DNA of 64,000 nucleotides, taken from NCBI GenBank assembly GCA_964410585.1, contig CAYPFW010000001.1, positions 210,853 through 274,852 on the forward strand, in the 5' to 3' direction. The number at the start of each line of letters is the position of its first letter. Within the stretch, counting starts at the first letter, position 1. The notes under the pieces are model-generated. The model had not been told where the DNA came from. It was given only the letters and a program-made list of their open reading frames with translations, and did not search any database. Both the position numbers and the translations under genes were made by a program. Below are positions 57,131-64,000 of the stretch, one piece after another. Source of the DNA: an uncultured archaeon. GTDB taxonomy: Archaea > Aenigmatarchaeota > Aenigmatarchaeia > QMZP01 > JACQNV01.

Positions 57131-57469
57131 CTAAAACTCCTTTTCACAGCTTTTACAGTGCCATTTTGGGTAGTACTCTACAACTTTACAACCCCCAAAT
57201 TCCACTTTTCCTTCTTTTTTTAGTAATTCGGCTTCTTTTGAAGGCAAACCATATAGTATTGGAATCACATCAAAGGATTCGCACTTTGGACACTTTTCAT
57301 GTGGCTCATAATAGCCTTCTTTTCCAACAGGTGTTCTAAACTCCTTAAAACACCTCCAACACATCCACCAATTGTAGTTATAAAAATCTTCTTTGAAAGT
57401 ATTTTTTGGTACGTTGTCTGTTTTTACTTTATCTGTCTTTTTACATTCAGGGCAAGCCTCTTTTTTCAT
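57131..57469 (-). CDS. Double zinc-ribbon protein of 112 aa with four CxxC pairs.
   Basis: ORF track; CPEC, CWRC, CPKC, CKSC. Confidence 0.45.
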   Translation of the reverse strand: MKKEACPECKKTDKVKTDNVPKNTFKEDFYNYNWWMCWRCFKEFRTPVGKEGYYEPHEKCPKCESFDVIPILYGLPSKEAELLKKEGKVEFGGCKVVEYYPKWHCKSCEKEF

Positions 57470-57777
57470 CAGACAAACTCGCCCTCCTTTATGCGTTTTT
57501 CCAATTGAGCCAAAACCTTTTCATATTCTTTTTCCAAGTCGACTTTGTAGTGTTCAGAAAGCATGTAAAAATCAAATAAAATATCACAAAGGGAATCGAC
57601 TAAATCTGCTTTTTGGCGCCCTTTGTTTTTGAAGCCTTCTTTGACTAGAACTGCATTTGAGAGCTCGCCTACTTCTTCTGCGAGGTCAACAACCATTGCT
57701 TCTGGTGTCCATTTTCTAAGTCTCACCTTTTCAAACTGCTTCAAAAGTTCCTTTGTTTTTAGTTGCATTTTGTCCAT
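57469..57777 (-). CDS. MazG-like nucleoside triphosphate pyrophosphohydrolase domain protein.
   Basis: LAEEVGEL motif; helical, about 100 aa. Confidence 0.5.
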   Translation of the reverse strand: MDKMQLKTKELLKQFEKVRLRKWTPEAMVVDLAEEVGELSNAVLVKEGFKNKGRQKADLVDSLCDILFDFYMLSEHYKVDLEKEYEKVLAQLEKRIKEGEFV

Positions 57778-58116
57778 ATTTTAGTGGTTCCCCAACATCC
57801 CGTTTTGCTCCAAAAGATAAATATAAAAGATGTGTTCCTTAGCTAATCTTGATGTTTTTAGCCTGTATTTTTTGAGCTGTTTTTCGTCCAAAAAGTCCAT
57901 TTCAGAATTCGATTGTAGTAAGAGCATAGTTTGCCTCCTTCCAATAGTCGATGGTGAATAAGGGTGATTCCCCAAAACACCCCTTTGCCCAGACAATATT
58001 CTATTATTCGAGGTAGTATATATAATTATTGGTTTTAGTTGGAGTGGACAGATATTCTAGGAGTTTGAGATGAAAATTGGAAAAATAGTTTCAGAATTAA
58101 TGGAGAGTGGAGGAAA

Positions 58117-58335
58117 TTAGACTAAAATATATCTTAAAGAACCCACTGTTATGTCTGTGGAACTTGTTGCACGGATTCTCACAGAACAGTTTGGATCATC
58201 GACATAGATTCCTATATCATCTCTAGACAATTTGCCAGTTGCTCCAAAGCGTAAAGAGTAATCGAAAATGCAAGCCTCTCTTCCTACAAACTGATCCAAC
58301 TTATCAATAGATATTTGAATAGGGTTTGTGGTCAT
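58117..58335 (-). CDS. Hypothetical 72-aa protein.
   Basis: ORF track only. Confidence 0.3.
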   Translation of the reverse strand: MTTNPIQISIDKLDQFVGREACIFDYSLRFGATGKLSRDDIGIYVDDPNCSVRIRATSSTDITVGSLRYILV

Positions 58336-58367
58336 ATGTTTTCACTTTAACTTATTTTGGGGCTCGG

Positions 58368-58712
58368 TTAACTTGTTCCTGCTCTCAGTCCCCACATACC
58401 TTCGTTTATGATGTCCATTAATGCAAAACTAACCTTATATCTTCGCATTGATGTTCGGCACGATGGATGACTCACAGGCAATTTTATTTCATCGGCTTCT
58501 CTGATTATTTTTCTACATTTACCATCTAGTGCCCCCTCAACATAATAGCCCCGCCTTTCATCATAGGCTAGCTTGCCAACATGTCTAGGGTTATCCACAT
58601 AAACAATGGATTCTCCAAGATTTCTTTTTAAGCCCTCTGCTCCTATTCTCGCACGCATTTTTGGTTTGGAATCGTCTAATATGAAAGGTGTTACATGATA
58701 TTCTTCTGGCAT
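58368..58712 (-). CDS. Hypothetical 114-aa protein.
   Basis: ORF track; the CTACTACAAGTAAA motif lies upstream. Confidence 0.4.
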   Translation of the reverse strand: MPEEYHVTPFILDDSKPKMRARIGAEGLKRNLGESIVYVDNPRHVGKLAYDERRGYYVEGALDGKCRKIIREADEIKLPVSHPSCRTSMRRYKVSFALMDIINEGMWGLRAGTS

Positions 58713-58749
58713 ATTTCACTCCAACTTTTACTTGTAGTAGATTGATTCC

Positions 58750-59079
58750 CTAAGAAGGCTGAGTTTCCTTTCCAGCTTTCTTTTTTTGCTTTTCTAAATT
58801 GTCCTCAAGTTGCTGGAATTTTTTCATGATTGCTTCGAGGTTGTGGGCGACGTCCCAACCATCGTCTGTAAGTCTCACTTTTTTGATCCTACCTGTTTTT
58901 TCGAACTCAACAAGACCCAATTTTTTCAAAGTATTGAGGATTTTTATTGTATGAGAATAGGTGCAGTCTGCTTCTTTTGAAAGAATTGTCGCGTAAATGG
59001 CTTCTTCTTTTCGCGTTTTTAGGCCTAAGAAAATCTTCGCCGGCTTTTCTCTCAAAAACAATTCGTCCAATAATGTCAT
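58750..59079 (-). CDS. Winged-helix transcriptional regulator of 109 aa.
   Basis: CTYSHTIKILNTLKKLGLVE HTH followed by a wing; GGGAGG ribosome-binding site. Confidence 0.5.
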   Translation of the reverse strand: MTLLDELFLREKPAKIFLGLKTRKEEAIYATILSKEADCTYSHTIKILNTLKKLGLVEFEKTGRIKKVRLTDDGWDVAHNLEAIMKKFQQLEDNLEKQKKKAGKETQPS

Positions 59080-59283
59080 TTTGAGCCTCCCTATCTCGAT
59101 TAAGAATTTACTTGTAGTAGAGTGTCAACTCTCACTTTCTGTAAAACTATTGGTTCGTTGGTTTAAATACTTTATTGTATGTTTCTTGATAGGTACTTTC
59201 TATTATATGTTTTTAATTATATTTGTTTATTTAGTCATATTAGATAATAGCTTATCTATTATATTTTTTATAATATATTTGTT

Positions 59284-59312
59284 TTAATATATATTCTTTA
59301 GAATATAATAAT
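59284..59312 (+). repeat. Right copy of the imperfect direct repeat, TTTTAATATATATTCTTTAGAATATA.
   Basis: See the left copy at 54462..54492. Confidence 0.45.
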
Positions 59313-59794
59313 TTTAAAATTTTTGAAAGTGAGGGTTCTATGTGTATATAACAGTGTTATATATATGACCAATAGGTTTGGGGTGAAAAGTGAGAGTAAA
59401 AGGGAGAGTAAATTTGAGCATTTCAAATGACAAAAAGTAGCACCGATAATCCCCACGATAAAAGTGAGTATATTTTTCAAAGGTGAGAGTTAAAACAAAT
59501 AAAGACGATCTAGATACTAAACAAAACCAACAATATATATGAAAGGGAATATTAGTTTGAAGTGAGAATTGTATTTAAACTTGATCGCAAAACTAGAATG
59601 TCGGTTTTTAAGGTCTTGAAAGTATACAGAGGAAAAGTGGAGTTTAGCAAAAATAGTTAGGAAATTGAACCAGTATACAATAAATGTACATAGATTCCCT
59701 CCCTAAAGTGAGGGAACAGTTAGTATGCACTCATCCTTAATGCGATACAAAAATTAAAATCAACAAATACCTATTATTAAAAACAAATAATAGT

Positions 59795-60958
59795 ATGCAA
59801 AGCCACCAAATTTTTCTCTTGCACCAATTAAGACATCTTAAAAACGAACTAAGCGAAATCTATCTCAATCAAATAATAAGAAAGATAGCTATATCTCTTA
59901 TAGGCATATTTGTCCCTGTATATCTATTCTCTCTTGGTTTTCCAATTCAGGTTTCGTTGATTTTCATGTTTTTTGAATATCTTGGAATAGGTCTTTTTTC
60001 ACCACTCGCAGGATATCTATCATCGAAATTTGGTATAAAGCATGTCATAGGCGCAAGCAGCTTACTTTACCTAATATATTTCTATGGGCTCGCATTGGTT
60101 GATGTGTCCACATCACTTTATTCAATTTATGGTCTCTCACTATTTTTTGGTTTCGCAAATAGTCTTTATTGGATAGGCATTCACAGCGATTTTGTTAAAC
60201 ATTCAAACAAGCTTCATGAAGGGTCTGATAGCGGAAAGCTAATAGGTCTACCTGAAATTGCAGGTGTGATAGCCCCCTTCATAGGTGGGTTTGTTTTAGC
60301 GTACCTAGGCTATTTATCCCTTTCGGTAATAGTTATTTTTTTAACTATACTTTCAATAGTTCCACTGTTTTTTACGCCAGATTCCAAAAAACCATTCAAA
60401 ATGAAAATAAGCAATTTAAAAATTTTTGCTGAAAAGAGTTTATGTCCCACATACTTTCTCTGGGGAGCTGCACATGTTTTTCTAGCTGTTTTTTGGCCAC
60501 TATTCATTTTTTTCTCAATAAGAGACTTCACTCAGTTAGGTATAACAACAACAATAGCAGGTGCAGGCTCTGCTTTCCTAATACTTTTTATTGGAAATTT
60601 ATCTGATAGATACAATAGATCAAAAATTATAAAGATGGGCGCTCTTCTATCTGCTTTAGTTTGGTTCCATAGAATTTTTATAACAAATGTATACGAAATT
60701 GCTATAAGTTCCTTTTTAACAGGCTTACTTTTTATTTTGATAAATGTGCCCCTATATGCCAATTTTTGTGATTTTTCAAAGAAGGGTAACATTGTAGGGG
60801 GAGTTATTTTTAGAGAACTATGGTTCACGATAGGCAGACTTTTGGTTCTAAGCGTTCTGCTTATATTTTCCCTTTTTTCACCCGAAGCTTTTTTTGATAT
60901 GGGGTTTGTTTTTGCAGGCATTCTTTCTCTCATGTTTTTAGCCTTTAGAACAAAGTAA
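59795..60958 (+). CDS. MFS-type transporter with about 12 transmembrane segments.
   Basis: Hydrophobicity pattern; length 387 aa. Confidence 0.5.
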   Translation: MQSHQIFLLHQLRHLKNELSEIYLNQIIRKIAISLIGIFVPVYLFSLGFPIQVSLIFMFFEYLGIGLFSPLAGYLSSKFGIKHVIGASSLLYLIYFYGLALVDVSTSLYSIYGLSLFFGFANSLYWIGIHSDFVKHSNKLHEGSDSGKLIGLPEIAGVIAPFIGGFVLAYLGYLSLSVIVIFLTILSIVPLFFTPDSKKPFKMKISNLKIFAEKSLCPTYFLWGAAHVFLAVFWPLFIFFSIRDFTQLGITTTIAGAGSAFLILFIGNLSDRYNRSKIIKMGALLSALVWFHRIFITNVYEIAISSFLTGLLFILINVPLYANFCDFSKKGNIVGGVIFRELWFTIGRLLVLSVLLIFSLFSPEAFFDMGFVFAGILSLMFLAFRTK

Positions 60959-61134
60959 AACAAGGGAAACTTTTATATTCGAAATTAGCCTCTTCTTTTC
61001 ATTAGCTATCCTTTTCTTTAGAAAAGAAAAGTATACCGTACACAAAAGAAACTAATATACACTTGAATTAATCTGTTTCAATACTAGTTTTGTTTGGTAT
61101 ACTTACTATCTTTTTCTAAAGAGAAGGGGGAAAT

Positions 61135-62886
61135 ATGTGCGGAATTGTCGGCTATTGGTCAAAAAATGAAAGCAATGTAGGCAATATCCTTTTAAACAGC
61201 CTAAAGAATCTAGAATATAGGGGGTATGATTCTTGGGGAATTGTTGTTTTGGGTAATAAACTAAACCTAATAAAAAAAGTAGGCAAAATAGGACAAATTG
61301 AAAACCTGAATTTCAAAGGCAAAATAGGTATAGGTCATACTCGATGGGCCACACATGGGGGTGTTTCTGAGAAAAACTCTCACCCGCATTCAGATTGCAC
61401 AGAAAACATATTTGTTGCACACAATGGAATAGTTGAAAATTTTCAAGAATTAAAAGCAAAACTAGTGGAAAAGGGTCATGCATTCAAATCAGAAACAGAT
61501 ACAGAAGTTATCCCACACTTAATTGAGGAGTATAGCAAAAAATCAGACTTCAAGGAAGCTGTTTTGAAGACACTAAAGGACCTAAAAGGCTCATATGCTT
61601 TGGTCATTTTGAACAAAAACCTAAATCAGCTTGTTGCGGCAAAAAAAGACTCCCCGCTTGTCTTAGGTGTTGGAAAACACGAATACTTTATTGCATCCGA
61701 CGTACCTGCTTTTTTAGAACATACAAAAAAAGTTGTTTATTTGGAAGATGGGGATGTTGTTTTTTTAGACGAAGCTTATCATATAGAAAACTTAAAAAAG
61801 GGGGAAATAAAAAGGCCGATAGAAACAATAAGTTGGTCGATTGAACAGGCCCAAAAAGGAAACTATCCACACTTTATGCTAAAGGAAATAACAGAACAGA
61901 AAAACACAATAAAAAGAGCTATTGAGCAAGACTCCTTGGTTTTTGAAAGAGCTGTAAAGTCGATAAAAGACGCATACGGAGTCTTTTTTGTTGGATGTGG
62001 AACAAGCTATCATGCATGTATATCTGCATCATATATTTTTTCAAAAGTTTCCAAAAAACACGTTAATGTCGTCCTAGCATCTGAATTTAGAAACTATGAA
62101 CATTTTTTAACAGATAAAACTTTAGTTGTTTGCGTTTCCCAATCCGGAGAAACAGCAGATGTTTTAGATGCAATAAAATTTGCCAAAAAACATGGATGCA
62201 AAACTCTGTCTATTTGTAATGTTGTCGGCTCGACACTAACACGCTTATCTGATCTTAGTATAATGATGAATTCAGGACCTGAAATTTGCGTGCTATCTAC
62301 AAAAAGTTATACAAGTCAATTGACTATTTTGCTTTTGCTTTCATACGCAATTTCAGGAAAAATTGAAGAGGGAAAGAAGCTAATTGAAAAAACATCAAAA
62401 GAAGCTTCAGGATTAATAGATTATTCTATAAAAAACCTGAAACAACTTGCTGAAAAAATAAAATCAGCACATGATATTTTTTTGATTGGAAGAGACTTAG
62501 CCTTCCCTTCTGCCTTGGAAGGTGCTTTAAAAATAAAAGAAGTCAGCTATATTCATGCAGAAGGCTTTGCTGGAGGCGAATTAAAGCACGGTACAATAGC
62601 CTTAATTGATAAAGGCGTTCCATGTATTGTTTTGGTTACAAAAGATACAAAAGATTTGATACTCAGCAATGCAATGGAAATCAAATCAAGGGGTGGCTAT
62701 ATTATCGGAATAGGAGAAGATAATAATAGCATTTTTGATTATCATATACCAGTTTCCTCTTTAGGCGATTCTGATCCAATTGCTATGATTATACCAATCC
62801 AAATTCTTGCATATTACTTAGCTGTTTCAAGAGGATGTGATCCTGATAAACCAAGAAATTTGGCCAAAAGCGTCACCGTGAGATAA
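61135..62886 (+). CDS. glmS: Glutamine-fructose-6-phosphate aminotransferase.
   Basis: N-terminal MCGIVGY (Ntn Cys) followed by two SIS domains. GGGGGA ribosome-binding site. Confidence 0.9.
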   Translation: MCGIVGYWSKNESNVGNILLNSLKNLEYRGYDSWGIVVLGNKLNLIKKVGKIGQIENLNFKGKIGIGHTRWATHGGVSEKNSHPHSDCTENIFVAHNGIVENFQELKAKLVEKGHAFKSETDTEVIPHLIEEYSKKSDFKEAVLKTLKDLKGSYALVILNKNLNQLVAAKKDSPLVLGVGKHEYFIASDVPAFLEHTKKVVYLEDGDVVFLDEAYHIENLKKGEIKRPIETISWSIEQAQKGNYPHFMLKEITEQKNTIKRAIEQDSLVFERAVKSIKDAYGVFFVGCGTSYHACISASYIFSKVSKKHVNVVLASEFRNYEHFLTDKTLVVCVSQSGETADVLDAIKFAKKHGCKTLSICNVVGSTLTRLSDLSIMMNSGPEICVLSTKSYTSQLTILLLLSYAISGKIEEGKKLIEKTSKEASGLIDYSIKNLKQLAEKIKSAHDIFLIGRDLAFPSALEGALKIKEVSYIHAEGFAGGELKHGTIALIDKGVPCIVLVTKDTKDLILSNAMEIKSRGGYIIGIGEDNNSIFDYHIPVSSLGDSDPIAMIIPIQILAYYLAVSRGCDPDKPRNLAKSVTVR

Positions 62887-62887
62887 T

Positions 62888-63541
62888 ATGATAGAAGCTG
62901 TTATTTTCGACATGGATGGAGTGATTGCTAATTCTGAACCAATACACGATAAAGCCTCAGATATTGTTTTGAAAAGATATGGAATAAAACTTGACAAAAG
63001 CATGGACAGTAAAATCAATGATGAGTTTAGAGGTTGCACAGAAGAGTTTTTCTGGAAAACATTTTGTAAAAGATTTAGGCTTAAACAAAATTATAAAAAG
63101 CTGATGAAAGAAAAACAGATAGTATATTTAGAACTTATCAAAGAACATTTAGAACCAATCCCTGGTTCTGTTGAATTAATAAAAAATTTGAAAACAAAAT
63201 ACAAGATTGGACTCGCGTCTAGTTCTTCGTCCAAAGAAATAGGTTTTATACTCAAAAAACTCAAAATAAAAAAATATTTTGATGTAATTACTTCTGGTGA
63301 ATTTGTGAAAAATTCAAAGCCGGCTCCTGACATTTATCTAGAAACAGCCAGAAAACTTGGAATAAAACCAGAAAATTGTCTAGTTTTCGAAGATGCTGTT
63401 AACGGTGTGAAAGCAGCAAAAGCAGCTGGAATGAAATGCATAGCAATAACAACTTCTTTTGGCAAAAAAGACTTAAAAGGGACTGACTTAATAATTGATA
63501 GTTTTGAAGGGTTTAATTTGGAAATTATTGATAAATTATGA
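62888..63541 (+). CDS. HAD-superfamily hydrolase (beta-phosphoglucomutase / phosphatase-like).
   Basis: Motif I FDMDGVI and motif IV DAVNGV. Confidence 0.7.
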   Translation: MIEAVIFDMDGVIANSEPIHDKASDIVLKRYGIKLDKSMDSKINDEFRGCTEEFFWKTFCKRFRLKQNYKKLMKEKQIVYLELIKEHLEPIPGSVELIKNLKTKYKIGLASSSSSKEIGFILKKLKIKKYFDVITSGEFVKNSKPAPDIYLETARKLGIKPENCLVFEDAVNGVKAAKAAGMKCIAITTSFGKKDLKGTDLIIDSFEGFNLEIIDKL

Positions 63542-64000
63542 CAGAAAAAGTTGTTGCAATAACAGGCGCATACAAAGGTTTAGGCGCAGAGCTTTCAGAA
63601 TTGTTAGCTAAAAAAGGATACAAACTGATTATTGGCGGAAGGGACAAAAAAGGATTAAAAAGCTTTTCAGAAAAAATTGGAAAACTGACTCCAGTCGAGC
63701 CTATTGTTGTTGACGTGAGAAACAAAAAGCAGTGTGAAGAGTTTGTTCAAGCTGCTGTAAAAAAATTTGGAAGATTGGATATTTTGATAAACAATGCTGG
63801 ATTTTTGGGAAAGAAAATAGATTTTGAAAATATAGAGGAAAACGAATTGAGGGAAACATTTGAAACAAATTTTTTCGGCGCTTTCTTTTGCTCTCAAGAA
63901 GCTGTTAGGCTAATGAAAAAACAAAACAGTGGACTTATTTTGAATATTGGGTCAACTGCTTCTGTGGATTACACAACAAACAATATTGGATATGCGGCTT
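63538..64000 (+). CDS. Short-chain dehydrogenase/reductase, 5' portion; the gene continues past the window.
   Basis: TGAYKGLG Rossmann motif; NNAG; ATGA overlap with the upstream gene. Confidence 0.75.
   Translation, partial: MTEKVVAITGAYKGLGAELSELLAKKGYKLIIGGRDKKGLKSFSEKIGKLTPVEPIVVDVRNKKQCEEFVQAAVKKFGRLDILINNAGFLGKKIDFENIEENELRETFETNFFGAFFCSQEAVRLMKKQNSGLILNIGSTASVDYTTNNIGYAA

Noticed and set aside
57130-57430. An apparent 8-nt duplication (TTTTTACT near 57414-57428), a ~7-nt deficit near 57181, and a 1-nt offset at the 57131 stop in my reading of the printed sequence.
   Set aside because: These are inconsistent with the supplied ORF track (57131..57469 minus and 57299..57508 plus must be continuous frames). 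I treated them as reading or formatting artefacts rather than frameshifts or pseudogenes, and I regard coordinates in this 400-nt stretch as uncertain by up to 8 nt.
59326-59725. A CRISPR array.
   Set aside because: The repeats are only 7-8 nt with irregular spacing and no cas genes. No other regularly spaced direct repeats are seen in the window.

Overview
This window is a low-GC, gene-dense archaeal chromosome segment. The archaeal assignment rests on TBP with two tandem repeats, an MCM helicase, RNA polymerase subunit N/Rpo10, and a ribosomal L7Ae-S28e-L24e cluster. Start codons sit close to TATA-like boxes with GGAGG/GGTGA-type ribosome-binding sites, which fits a small-genome DPANN-type archaeon, though that lineage call is inference. 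Most coding capacity goes to secreted or surface proteins. These include a roughly 4,050-aa giant adhesin-like protein with PKD-like, cadherin-like, Ig-like and CARDB-like repeats, plus several Cys-rich anchored proteins. Five regions stand out:
- A putative ~4.8-kb integrated element (about 54.46-59.31 kb) is bounded by an imperfect ~28-nt direct repeat. Its ORFs, all on the minus strand, encode a poxvirus/bacterial-size type IB topoisomerase, zinc-ribbon proteins, a MazG-like NTPase and winged-helix regulators.
- A family of ~50-70-nt palindromic intergenic repeats is present in 5 full and 2 partial copies, always at gene 3' ends.
- A GC-richer four-gene operon carries two tandem paralogues with GXGXG beta-helix motifs and a 3'-terminal gene-conversion tract.
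- A six-gene operon encodes uncharacterised lipoproteins and membrane proteins with paralogous N-terminal anchors.
- A divergent diadenylate-cyclase-domain gene is coupled to a SepF-like gene and a 38-aa Cys-rich micro-ORF.
I found no rRNA, tRNA or CRISPR array by eye. Coordinates I derived myself between 57.1 and 57.5 kb are uncertain by up to 8 nt, because my reading of the printed sequence there disagrees with the supplied ORF track.
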